Source: Candidatus Dormiibacterota bacterium (GTDB lineage Bacteria > Chloroflexota > Dormibacteria > Aeolococcales > Aeolococcaceae). Taken from it: a stretch of DNA of 64,000 nucleotides. Numbering within the stretch: position 1 is the first letter of the stretch; every line of letters begins with the position of its first letter. A program made the translations under genes and the position numbers. The notes below the pieces were generated by a model. The model saw only the letters and a program-made list of their open reading frames with translations, ran no database searches and was not told the origin of the DNA. This document shows positions 39,128-48,531 of this stretch, piece by piece. The DNA is taken from NCBI GenBank assembly GCA_963718525.1, contig OY970355.1, positions 352,001 through 416,000 of the forward strand. The letters run 5' to 3'.

Positions 39128-41381
39128 TGGATATCTGGATCTCCTCCACCGTCTCCGGTTCGATTGAGGATTTGGGAGCAACCACCAGGGTATCGCCCCG
39201 GCGGCTTGCATCGATCGCGCGTCCCAGCACGACACGCAGCTCTGTGGTGCTGCGCTCCCACGAATGCGCGGCTGCCCACTCGATGCCGGCTGCGCTCATT
39301 GCGTCACGACGCTCGGGATCGCCCAGGAGGCCCACGAGGGCGTCGGCCAGGGCGTGCGGGTCGCCGTGCGGCACGAGGAGCCCTGTGATGCCGTCGCGAA
39401 CCGAATCTCGAAGACCATTCACGTTGGAGGCGATGACGGGGAGGCCGCGAGCGCCGGCCTCCACGCATGAAACGCCCCATCCTTCGAATGCTGAGGGACA
39501 TACCGCGACCCATGCCTGCGCTGCCAGGTGGTCTCGTGCGGCGCCCGGCAGATAACCATGGAAGCGTACGTGGGTCGCCAGTTTGAGCGACCACGCGAGG
39601 CGCTCGAGCCGGGTGCGATCAGGTCCCTGGCCGACGATGTCGAGTTGGGCATTCGGGAATGAGCGGAGCACTTGAGGCATGGCCCGGATGATCACGTCCA
39701 CGCCCTTCTGCGGCGTGAGCCGGCCTGCGCAGAGGATGCGTGCCGTTGGCGCAGGCTGGCGAAGCAGCGGCGTGACCTCGACGACTCCGTTGTGGACGAT
39801 GTGGATCTGGTCAGCGCTGAAGCCCAGGCTGACCAGGTCATCTCGCGTGCTTGCGGACACGGCGACGATCGGCGTCTTCTTGTAGACGCGCGGCATGAGG
39901 CCGCCCTCGAGCCAGTAGCCGAGCCAGCGAAGAGGCGGGTGTGTCTCGCGACGGAAGATCTCACGGTGCACGTGGTGGACCAGGAGCACTTTCGGAATCC
40001 GGGCGAAGAGCGGCGTGAAGAACGGGATGCCGTTCTCGCAATCGACGATGACGTCGTACCGGCCACGGAGCTTGAACAGATATGAGATCGCCACGCGCGG
40101 ATAGAGGGTGAAGCGCCCGCCGACCCGGTGGACGCGGATGCCGTCCAGGAGCTCGTTTCGGCTGCTGCCCCGGTGCCGCTGACAAAGCCAGCCGACATCC
40201 ATGCCGTTCTCCGCGAGACGGCGCCCGATCTCATGCATGTAGATCTCGGCGCCTCCCGACCAGGGGTGACTGATGTCGCGCCAGTTGATGATCAGCACGC
40301 GAAGCGGGCGTTGCCGGCCGCGCAAGGGTGAGATCTCACCGAGGCTCGGGCCGAAGAAACCGCGCACGAAGGCAACTCCGTATGTCAGGGACACGAGCGG
40401 CAGACCCAGGGTCGCCAGGATCCTGTCGCCCGCGCGCGCGTGGCCTTTCGCGAACAGGACCCCGACCGCCTGCACCACATAGAGCACGAACAGCAGCGAT
40501 GCGCCGATGTAGCCGGCCAACCTGATATGGCGCAAGGGGGGGACGCCAATAAGCGCGAGTTCGACGAGTACGAACAGCGTGACCAGGGTTGGCAGCGCAT
40601 ACGGATAGAAGGGCGCCACCTCACGGAATCTGCGGGCCATGTCACCCCTGGCGCGGCCATAGGCGGCCGTATCAGCGAGAAATGGACCTGGAAATCGCCT
40701 CGTGGTGGCGGTCACCGCGAGCTTCGGCTCGTAGTTGATATCGCGTCCGAGAATCGAGCGAACCTTGTAGCAAAGGCGCACGGCTTCGCCGCCGACACTC
40801 GGTGACTGGAAACCGCCGACGTCGCGGAAGACGTCGTCGCGGATCAGCAGGTTGGAACCCGCGAGCTCGGAAACTGTGCGCGGCTTCTCAGCTCTCGATA
40901 CGTGCCCCGACGGTGTCGTGCCAAGGTGGCTGTTCAGAATCAGCGCACTGATCCGCTCCGGCCGCCAGCGGCTTCGCGGAAGAACCGGACCCCCCGCAAC
41001 CGAAACGGATGGATTGTCGAAGTAGTCGATCACGCGCTCGGCCCATCCCTTCGGAAGCCTGACGCGATCGTCGACGAACGCGAGAATTCGACCGTGTGCC
41101 TCGGCGGCGGCGCGGTCGAATCGGTCACCCCGCGACGCCGCGTTGTATGCGACCACGGTGACCCCGTCCGGTGCAGCCGGCCACGCCTCTCGCGTCGCCA
41201 CGATGACCTCGCAGGATGCATCGCCGATGACAGCCAGCATGTCGCGCAGGGACCGGCTCGCCCCATCGTGCACCGCATCGACGGCGACGATCACGGTGAG
41301 CGCCGGCGCGTCAGAAGCTTGGTGCTCGTCACCGCCCGAGTTGGACGATTCCCCTGCGTCGATAGACCCCATTCCCGGCAC
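39117..41381 (-). CDS. Fused GT2-like + TM + GT4 glycosyltransferase
   Basis: N-terminal GT-A-like domain (LAFVDD, VAGGP, GSNLLIR..VF..VGGF), three TM helices, then NWRDISHPWSGGAE, GRLTPQKG and EGWGVSCVEAGARGLPVIAS (GT4). Confidence 0.88.
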   Translation of the reverse strand: MPGMGSIDAGESSNSGGDEHQASDAPALTVIVAVDAVHDGASRSLRDMLAVIGDASCEVIVATREAWPAAPDGVTVVAYNAASRGDRFDRAAAEAHGRILAFVDDRVRLPKGWAERVIDYFDNPSVSVAGGPVLPRSRWRPERISALILNSHLGTTPSGHVSRAEKPRTVSELAGSNLLIRDDVFRDVGGFQSPSVGGEAVRLCYKVRSILGRDINYEPKLAVTATTRRFPGPFLADTAAYGRARGDMARRFREVAPFYPYALPTLVTLFVLVELALIGVPPLRHIRLAGYIGASLLFVLYVVQAVGVLFAKGHARAGDRILATLGLPLVSLTYGVAFVRGFFGPSLGEISPLRGRQRPLRVLIINWRDISHPWSGGAEIYMHEIGRRLAENGMDVGWLCQRHRGSSRNELLDGIRVHRVGGRFTLYPRVAISYLFKLRGRYDVIVDCENGIPFFTPLFARIPKVLLVHHVHREIFRRETHPPLRWLGYWLEGGLMPRVYKKTPIVAVSASTRDDLVSLGFSADQIHIVHNGVVEVTPLLRQPAPTARILCAGRLTPQKGVDVIIRAMPQVLRSFPNAQLDIVGQGPDRTRLERLAWSLKLATHVRFHGYLPGAARDHLAAQAWVAVCPSAFEGWGVSCVEAGARGLPVIASNVNGLRDSVRDGITGLLVPHGDPHALADALVGLLGDPERRDAMSAAGIEWAAAHSWERSTTELRVVLGRAIDASRRGDTLVVAPKSSIEPETVEEIQISNAG

Positions 41382-41539
41382 GCGCGTCTCCCCAGGGACA
41401 TTGAATGTCCGCCCGCCAGACCCCCGTCTACTGCGGCCCCCTCCCTAATGGAGGACGCATTAAGTTTGCATTATGGGGACCATCGCTGCATGCCGTCAAG
41501 CGCGTCGATCGAAGCGAACCTATCGACCGGTCCGACGGG

Positions 41540-42673
41540 CTATCGCACCACCAAGTTTACCGAGGCGGAGGCCGAGCCGCTGCGGACCAGTTGTCCGAAG
41601 GTGCAATGCGAGACCGTACCCTGAGCCACCGCTTGTGCGCTGATCACGATGTTGTTGTGTCCCAGATTGCACCCGGAAAGCACCAGGTTGGCGACGTCTC
41701 CGATGGTCAAGGTGTACCCGCTCGCGGTCATGGTGAGACCTTCAATCGTCACGTTCCGCGCCACCTTGCCTGCGCCCGCGGGGCCGATGATGCCCACCTT
41801 GCCGCCCTCGCCGCTGCTCGTGAAGTTGACGATGGTGATGTTGTCCGCCGGCGGCGTCAGCCAGAAGCCGTTGCGGGCGCCGCACTGCTGGACGCCCGGC
41901 GTGTACTGATAGTTCGTGACGGTGGTTGTCTGGTCGACGTAGAGGGCGAGCCGCGACCCTGTATGGGTGACGTTGCTGATCGAGCTGTTCGCCTGAAAAC
42001 TCCAAGAGAATCCGTCATTGCAGTCGAGCTCGTTCAGGTTCAGGTCATTGACGACGTTGCCGGTGTTGTAGAGGGGTGCCGAGGGCTTCGCGCCCCGGGG
42101 ACCTGCGTAGTAGATGGCGAAATGCTGTGGGCCGCCGAGGACCGTCGTACTCAGCAGACTGGTGTCATTCGCCCGCACGAATAGTGCGGCTCCGCCGCCG
42201 AACGTCTGCGTGTCGAGGGTCAGATCCTCGATGATCGAGTGGTCGACCTGAACGCCGAGGAGACCCTTGTTCGCCTTCCCTTCGATCAACCACGTCTGGG
42301 CGCGGCCGGCCCCCTGCAGCGTGATCGGCGCTGTCCCCGCGATGACGATCGATCCACCGGTGCCGGTCTTCGACGCGTTGAAGATGTATTTGCCCGCGGG
42401 GACATAGACGACGCCTCCCCCGGACGCTTCGGCCGCCTGGATGGCGTTCCCGAAAGCTGTGGTGTTGTCGCTCTGGTTGTCCCCGTGTGCACCATAGGCG
42501 GTGACGTTGAACGTATGACCGCTGACTGTCGGGCTCGGTGGCAGCAGCGTCGGCGCCGGCGGTGCCGATCCGCACGCCACGACAATCCCCAGGCTCAGAG
42601 TCGCCATGGCGCTGACGCCCATGTGCACGCGAGGACGCCGCGTTGGTGCGCCCGGACCGTTCCTGCTGATCAT
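41540..42673 (-). CDS. Lipoprotein right-handed beta-helix protein, paralog 3
   Basis: Lipobox IVVAC; FNVTAYGAHGDNQSDNTTAF...GGVVYVPAGKY; shares FAIYYAGP, DGFSWSFQ and HTGSRLALYVD with paralog 1. Confidence 0.8.
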   Translation of the reverse strand: MISRNGPGAPTRRPRVHMGVSAMATLSLGIVVACGSAPPAPTLLPPSPTVSGHTFNVTAYGAHGDNQSDNTTAFGNAIQAAEASGGGVVYVPAGKYIFNASKTGTGGSIVIAGTAPITLQGAGRAQTWLIEGKANKGLLGVQVDHSIIEDLTLDTQTFGGGAALFVRANDTSLLSTTVLGGPQHFAIYYAGPRGAKPSAPLYNTGNVVNDLNLNELDCNDGFSWSFQANSSISNVTHTGSRLALYVDQTTTVTNYQYTPGVQQCGARNGFWLTPPADNITIVNFTSSGEGGKVGIIGPAGAGKVARNVTIEGLTMTASGYTLTIGDVANLVLSGCNLGHNNIVISAQAVAQGTVSHCTFGQLVRSGSASASVNLVVR

Positions 42674-42830
42674 CCGTTCCTTGTGTTCGACAGAGCGATA
42701 CTGAGTCGCGTCCCTACACCGCCATCGGTCGTGGCGCACTCCCCGGTTCCCATGCTGACACCTGCGTCGACTCGGATCCATGAGAAGTCACTGAGAGGAG
42801 CCGTCCGTCGGACGATCGGTCTCGGCTAGC

Positions 42831-43805
42831 ATGGAAACCAGTATGCGGATCCTCATCGTTGGCACGCACCGTTGCGGTTCGACCTGGGTGGCCAACGTGC
42901 TAGGTCAGTCACCGGGCATTCACAACGTATACGAACCGGACAGCCCGTACACGGACATCCTGGGCACGGTGGTGCGCAACCGTTTGGGTGAGTATCCGTC
43001 GCTCGAGCCCGGCCAGGGGTCGTCGTGGTATTCGATGGTCTGGGATCTCGCTTTCGCGGGAGGCTGGCCGTGGAGCCGGTCCCCGTCGGCGCGGAGGCTT
43101 GGCCGGGAACTTTCGAGATCGCCCGCCGCATTCCGCGATCATGGTGTCGCGGTGCTGGCGCGAACGGTCTCGGCGACGGTGCCGCGACGCGACCCGCACG
43201 TCATCGTCAAGTCCGCGAATTGCGGTTTCTCGGTCGAGTGGATCTCGCGCCGCTACCACCCCCGCGTTGTGATCCAGCGTCGTAACCCGCTGAACATCGT
43301 GTCCAGTTGGATGGCGCTCAACATCGAGCCGGACCGCCTCGACGACCCGGCGGTGCATCGGTTGTGGCTCGCCCCGCATGGGTTGACACGTCCCTCGACG
43401 TTGACATCGCGCGTCGCTGAAGTCGCGTGGACTGTCGGGGTGCTCACCGTCGCCCTCAAGGACACCGCAGCTCGTCACCCGGACTGGATCGTGATCTCAC
43501 ACGACGACCTGTCGCTCGATCCATATGAGGGCTTCACCTCGCTGTTTGCGCGTCTCGGCCTGCCGTGGACACCTCGGGTCAGGGCGTACCTCGAGGCCGC
43601 AGACGACCCGTCGTTCGTCGTGACCGGCGCGAACCCGTTCGCACATCCCAACGCGCAGACAGCCGCCGGCGACGGAAGCAGCCGCCGTGTTCAGCAAGCT
43701 ACACAGTATCGGCGCCGCCTCACGCCTGCGCAGGTCGCTGAGGCGCGGTCGGTACTGGAAGCGCTCCCGCTCGGTGATTGGGGCGTTCCCGCCTCCGCGG
43801 AGTAG
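42831..43805 (+). CDS. PAPS-dependent sulfotransferase 3 (subtype B)
   Basis: ILIVGTHRCGSTW, YEPD, VIVKS, RRNPLNIVSSW, SHDDL. Confidence 0.83.
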   Translation: METSMRILIVGTHRCGSTWVANVLGQSPGIHNVYEPDSPYTDILGTVVRNRLGEYPSLEPGQGSSWYSMVWDLAFAGGWPWSRSPSARRLGRELSRSPAAFRDHGVAVLARTVSATVPRRDPHVIVKSANCGFSVEWISRRYHPRVVIQRRNPLNIVSSWMALNIEPDRLDDPAVHRLWLAPHGLTRPSTLTSRVAEVAWTVGVLTVALKDTAARHPDWIVISHDDLSLDPYEGFTSLFARLGLPWTPRVRAYLEAADDPSFVVTGANPFAHPNAQTAAGDGSSRRVQQATQYRRRLTPAQVAEARSVLEALPLGDWGVPASAE

Positions 43806-43983
43806 ATCTTGCCAACGCGTTGTTGGCACGGTATGCTCGTACCCTCAAGGAGAGTGGGTGGGCAGGACAGGGGGATCAAAGGTCGAATGATGCGGCACAA
43901 CTCGGTGACGACATGGACGCTCGCGCGCGCATCTGCATTGATCACACATGCGCTGGTGATGAGCCTGTCCAGGCGGCTGTGTC

Positions 43984-44703
43984 ATGACTGAAGAACAGCG
44001 CGTCCCATCCGGTGAGCGCGTCGCGTTGCCGCGACTTCACGGCGACGCTGAGCCGTGTCTGCTGTATCTCGTTCGGCACGGCACAACGACCATGAACATC
44101 GACAACCGCTATCGCGGACGGCGCGACATCCCACTGGACGCGCAGGGATACCAGGATGCGGTTGATGCGGCGCGCTTCCTTGGCCGTTGTGGCATCTCGG
44201 CGGTGTACACGGGTCCGCTTCGTCGCACCATCGCCACAGCGCAGATCATCGCCGACGAATCGGGGGTGCCCGACATCCGGATCCTTCATGGTCTCGTCAA
44301 TCTTGACTACGGCGCATGGGAGGGTATGACGGCGGACGAGGCGGCCATGTACGACCCAGTCGCCTTCAACCTGTATCGGTCGTCCCCACTGGAGTGCGTC
44401 TGCCCGAACGGAGAGCAACTCCACCAAGCGCAGGATCGAATGCTCGAAGCGCTCAGGTTGATCGGGGTGCGCCACGAGGGCGAGCGGATCGCCGCCGTCA
44501 CACATGCGGTGATGATCCGGCTGGTGATGTCGTCGATCCTCGATCTTCCCGGTGAAAACTGGCGTGTTCCGCTCGGCCGAGGATCGATCACCGAGGTGAT
44601 CATCGACGGCGGCACCATCTCCCTCGGGCCGGGTCCCGGCTACGGTGGCTCGGCGGACGAGGCGCCGGAGCTCCCGTCGTTGCGAGCCGTGACCTCGAAC
44701 TGA
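43984..44703 (+). CDS. Histidine phosphatase (phosphoglycerate mutase family)
   Basis: LYLVRHG, PLRRTIATA, LDYGAWEG, PNGE, AVTH motifs. Confidence 0.92.
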   Translation: MTEEQRVPSGERVALPRLHGDAEPCLLYLVRHGTTTMNIDNRYRGRRDIPLDAQGYQDAVDAARFLGRCGISAVYTGPLRRTIATAQIIADESGVPDIRILHGLVNLDYGAWEGMTADEAAMYDPVAFNLYRSSPLECVCPNGEQLHQAQDRMLEALRLIGVRHEGERIAAVTHAVMIRLVMSSILDLPGENWRVPLGRGSITEVIIDGGTISLGPGPGYGGSADEAPELPSLRAVTSN

Positions 44704-44777
44704 TCGGATCGGGAGGAACGATCACCTCGGGCTCGAGGCAACGCGTGATCTTCCCGATCGAGCGTTGACGCGAGCCG

Positions 44778-45602
44778 CTAAGGTGTCGGGGGGGTTGGCC
44801 GGCGGCGTGCGCTACGCACGATTGCAGTGATCCCGACGAGGATGAGCGCGAGACCGGTGAGCGGCAGAGCCAGACCTCCAGACCCGGTGCCCGGCGTGGT
44901 GATGCCCTGGACACCACCGACTGGCGTGGGGCTGGAGGTCGCCGGCGACACCGACCCGGTGGGTGTAGGGGTCGGGGTCGGGGTCGGCGGTGTGCATCCG
45001 GAGGAACGGTTGCCGACCTGACCGTCGATCCAGCGATGCTCGGTTCGGTACTGGCCGATCGTCATGGTCGCGAGCGGTTCTCCGTAGATGAGGTCGACCT
45101 GGAAGGCGCAGTCGGGCACGTGCACGGTCAACACCTGCGACGTCGCGGCCAGACACGGATCGCTCGCCGCATCAGGATCAGCGCCTGGGCTGAAACTCGA
45201 GCAATCGAACAGGTTCTGCACAGAGCTGCTGCTCGACGCGGTATTGCTCAAGAGCGTGATCTCGATATCCGCGCTTCCCGAAACCGGTGGAGCGGGCGAG
45301 ACGAGGGTGAAATGCGCCGTTACGACATCGCCAGACGAAACGTTGCCAAACAGGGTGCAGACTGTGGTGGTCTGACCGGCATGCTCAATGGAGAACCAGT
45401 AGCTCTCCAACACCTTGTTGGTGGAGTTGGTCGGATCGTTGAGATTGGGCTGATGCTCGCACGTGGGAGCTGTGATCGCTTGCTTGGAATGACGCGCTGC
45501 GGCTTGCACCGGCAGCATGCCAATGGTGAAGAGAAACACGCCGGCGACCAATATCGAGACGGCGCCAGCCCGACGCAGCATTCCTCCCGCCCGGAGCACC
45601 AT
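44778..45602 (-). CDS. Cell-surface protein with Cys-rich domain, PT linker and C-terminal GVQGITTPGTG-TM-basic tail
   Basis: GGAGG RBS; signal peptide; PDCAFQVDLIYG; PTPTPTPTPT linker; sortase-type C-terminus ending in RSARRR. Confidence 0.78.
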   Translation of the reverse strand: MVLRAGGMLRRAGAVSILVAGVFLFTIGMLPVQAAARHSKQAITAPTCEHQPNLNDPTNSTNKVLESYWFSIEHAGQTTTVCTLFGNVSSGDVVTAHFTLVSPAPPVSGSADIEITLLSNTASSSSSVQNLFDCSSFSPGADPDAASDPCLAATSQVLTVHVPDCAFQVDLIYGEPLATMTIGQYRTEHRWIDGQVGNRSSGCTPPTPTPTPTPTGSVSPATSSPTPVGGVQGITTPGTGSGGLALPLTGLALILVGITAIVRSARRRPTPPTP

Positions 45603-45715
45603 GTATTCGCCTCCAGTGCCTTTTCCGCCACGCCATGCAACTTTCGGGGCGTATGGAGCGTGATCATATGCTAGGCGGACCGGAGAACTCAACAAACGAT
45701 CTGACGAGGAGACGC

Positions 45716-46528
45716 GTGAAGACTGTCGCAGATGAGACCACGCCCGAAGAAGGCACCTGGACTGACCATGAAGTGTCACGGCAGATCGCTGAAGAAGCCG
45801 GCCGTCTGCTCATGGAGCTTCGTCGCTCCGCCCCTCAGGCGGCCGATGATCGCTGGCTGCGCGACCAGGGCGACGCGCGCTCGCACCGAATGATCATGGC
45901 CCGCCTCGCCGAGCTGCGGCCGGATGACGCGATTCTTTCCGAGGAAGGCAAGGACGACCAGGAGCGTCTCCGGCACCGACGCGTCTGGGTCGTCGATCCG
46001 CTGGACGGGACCCGGGAGTACGGAGAGCCCCCTCGCGACGACTGGGCTGTGCATGTCGCCTTGTGCATCGATGGTCTGCCGGTTGCAGGCTCGGTCGCGC
46101 TCCCAGCGCAGGGACGAGTTCTCACCACCGCGAACTCCTTCCGGACCGCTCCTGCGGACGGCGTCCCCCTGCGGATGGTGGCGAGCCGCACGCGGGCTCC
46201 GGCGATCGTGACCGCGGTCGCAGCGGCGCTCAACGCGGAACTCGTCTACATGGGTTCGGCGGGAGCCAAGGCGATGACGGTGGTATCCGGGGGGGCCGAC
46301 GTATACCTGCATGCAGGCGGGCAATACGAGTGGGATTCGGCCGCACCGGTGGCCGTCGCAATGGCAGCGGGATTGCACTGCTCACGCATCGACGGATCGC
46401 CGCTTGTCTACAACCAACCCAATCCGTATTTGCCTGATCTCCTTATCTGCAAACGATCAATTGCCCGGGAGGTACTGGCCTTGGTGGCGGCGCATACCGG
46501 CTCCGATGCACTCGCGCAGGGGTCTTGA
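45716..46528 (+). CDS. cysQ: 3'(2'),5'-bisphosphate nucleotidase (PAP phosphatase)
   Basis: ILSEE, VWVVDPLDGTREY, DWAVHVAL, GSAGAK and GGQYEWDSAAP, typical of actinobacterial-type CysQ; GAGGAG RBS before the GTG. Confidence 0.9.
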   Translation: MKTVADETTPEEGTWTDHEVSRQIAEEAGRLLMELRRSAPQAADDRWLRDQGDARSHRMIMARLAELRPDDAILSEEGKDDQERLRHRRVWVVDPLDGTREYGEPPRDDWAVHVALCIDGLPVAGSVALPAQGRVLTTANSFRTAPADGVPLRMVASRTRAPAIVTAVAAALNAELVYMGSAGAKAMTVVSGGADVYLHAGGQYEWDSAAPVAVAMAAGLHCSRIDGSPLVYNQPNPYLPDLLICKRSIAREVLALVAAHTGSDALAQGS

Positions 46529-46670
46529 TTGGGCGCCGATGGTGTATGATCGACGTGTGGCGGCCGCTGCCGTGGAGCATTGGGGTGGGTGTCGATAACC
46601 TCCCTGCGGAGGCATCGGAATTGCGGTGAAATCGGATGACCCGGGCGGGGGAAGGGAAGGACGCAGAGAG

Positions 46671-47759
46671 ATGAGAACGCAAACACTGCTACGTAGGCTC
46701 GTTTTCGCGGCCGGCGGGGTCGTGGTGCTCCTTACCGTCGCGTTCGGACCGAGCGTCATTCAGCATTTCACAAAGAAACAGCTTCCGCCGGCCCTTGCTA
46801 CAGCCGCGGATCAAAGCTTCCCGGTGCTGGCGACAGCGTCCGGGGTCCTTCAGCCCGGTCAGCTCGAGAACGTGAACTTTTCAATCGCGGGGCAGGTGCA
46901 AGCCGTCTACGCACAGGTGGAAAGCAAGGTCACCGCTCATCAGCTTCTCGCAGCGTTGAACGACAGCACTCAGCAGGCAGAGTTGAATGCGGCCAACTTC
47001 GCGGTGAGTGCTGCCGACGCGGCCATCGCCCAGGCGCAGGCGAGCGGATCAAGCGCTCAGGTGTCGCAGGCAGAGGCGCAGCTGGCCCAGGCACAGGTCG
47101 AACTGATACGCGCAAGGAACGATGATGCTGCCACGCGGCTGTACGCGCCCGAATCCGGAACCATTATCCAGGTAAACGGTATCGCGGGCGATAGCGTGAC
47201 CGCCGGGAACTCGGGCTTCACCAACCCGGCGACCAACGGCGGGTCCGCGACCGCCAACGGGTTCATCGTCATCGGCAACAACTCGAGCTTTGAGTTCTGG
47301 GCGCCTTTCAGCCAATCCGAGGACGTGCTGCTCGCGCCCAATCAGACGGCGACGGTGACCGTGGATGCGCTGCCCGGCCTTTCCCTTCCGGCCGTTGTCA
47401 AAGTAATTGAGCCGAGCGCGATTCAGGTCGGCGGTGTTCCCGAGTACTACGCCGATATCCAGCTCAATGCCACGGATCCTCGGCTGCGAAATGGTCAAAC
47501 GGGATCAGTGAACGTCGTCATCGCCAACGCGGTCAACGTCCTCTCAGTTCCATCGACAGCCTTGTTCACCGGTGCGAACGGCGCGCTTCAGGTCGACGTC
47601 TGGTCCGGAGGTCAGGCGTATCCGACCACCGTCACCATCAATTACGTCGGCATCAGATACACGCAGATCACCTCAGGGTTGTCCGCGGGCGAGCAGGTCG
47701 TCCTGTCACCGGCGGGACAGACCTCGCTGCCGACTGCGTCCTCACCTTCTCCGTCGTGA
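46671..47759 (+). CDS. MacA-like membrane fusion (adaptor) protein
   Basis: N-terminal TM, lipoyl-like halves (VNFSIAGQV...; LYAPESGTI), short alpha-hairpin, LRNGQTG, VPSTAL, ITSGLSAGEQVV. Confidence 0.85.
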   Translation: MRTQTLLRRLVFAAGGVVVLLTVAFGPSVIQHFTKKQLPPALATAADQSFPVLATASGVLQPGQLENVNFSIAGQVQAVYAQVESKVTAHQLLAALNDSTQQAELNAANFAVSAADAAIAQAQASGSSAQVSQAEAQLAQAQVELIRARNDDAATRLYAPESGTIIQVNGIAGDSVTAGNSGFTNPATNGGSATANGFIVIGNNSSFEFWAPFSQSEDVLLAPNQTATVTVDALPGLSLPAVVKVIEPSAIQVGGVPEYYADIQLNATDPRLRNGQTGSVNVVIANAVNVLSVPSTALFTGANGALQVDVWSGGQAYPTTVTINYVGIRYTQITSGLSAGEQVVLSPAGQTSLPTASSPSPS

Positions 47760-47787
47760 ACAACCAGGCACGCTGAGCGTCACATTC

Positions 47788-48531
47788 ATGATTGAGCTTG
47801 CATCGGTCGGCAAGATATACGGCAGTGCTGCGGCCCCGGTCACCGCGTTGCGCGATGCGAACCTGGTCATCCAGCGGGGTGAATTCGTCGCCGTCGTCGG
47901 CCCGTCCGGCTCCGGAAAATCGACGCTGCTCAACCTCATCGGCTGCCTCGACCAACCGTCATCCGGCCATCTCCTCTTCCTCGGTGAGGATACGAGTACG
48001 CTCAACGACACCAAGCTGTCTCGCATCCGCAATCGCTCGATCGGGTTCGTGTTCCAGATGTTCAATCTGGTACCGGAGTTGACCGTCTTCGAGAACATCG
48101 AACTGCCTCTCGTCTATGCAGGCGTGACCAAGCATCGTCGGGCGCTGACCTCCAAGGCCCTCGAGCGAGTCGGCATGGAGCATCGAGCCGAGCATCGAGC
48201 AAGCCTGCTCTCGGGCGGGGAGCAGCAGCGGGTGGCGATCGCACGGGCGATCGTCAATGACCCGGCGCTCATCCTCGCGGACGAGCCCACCGGAAGCATC
48301 GACCCGGTGAGCGCGGAGGGCGTGATGCAGCTCCTCGGAGAGCTGCACGACCAGGCACGAACGATCGTGCTCGTGACCCACAATCTGTCGGTCGCAGCTT
48401 TGGCGCAGCGCGTGGTGCGGATTGAGTCCGGGACCATCAGCGAGGTCAGCCACACCGCATCGCCGATCGTCGCAATCGCCACCGAAGTGCCGAGCGCCCC
48501 ATTGGCGAGCTCGGTGCCCGCCGTCGAATGA
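47788..48531 (+). CDS. ABC transporter ATP-binding protein (MacB/LolD-like)
   Basis: GPSGSGKST, LSGGEQQRVAIARA, ILADEPTG, VTH. Confidence 0.95.
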   Translation: MIELASVGKIYGSAAAPVTALRDANLVIQRGEFVAVVGPSGSGKSTLLNLIGCLDQPSSGHLLFLGEDTSTLNDTKLSRIRNRSIGFVFQMFNLVPELTVFENIELPLVYAGVTKHRRALTSKALERVGMEHRAEHRASLLSGGEQQRVAIARAIVNDPALILADEPTGSIDPVSAEGVMQLLGELHDQARTIVLVTHNLSVAALAQRVVRIESGTISEVSHTASPIVAIATEVPSAPLASSVPAVE

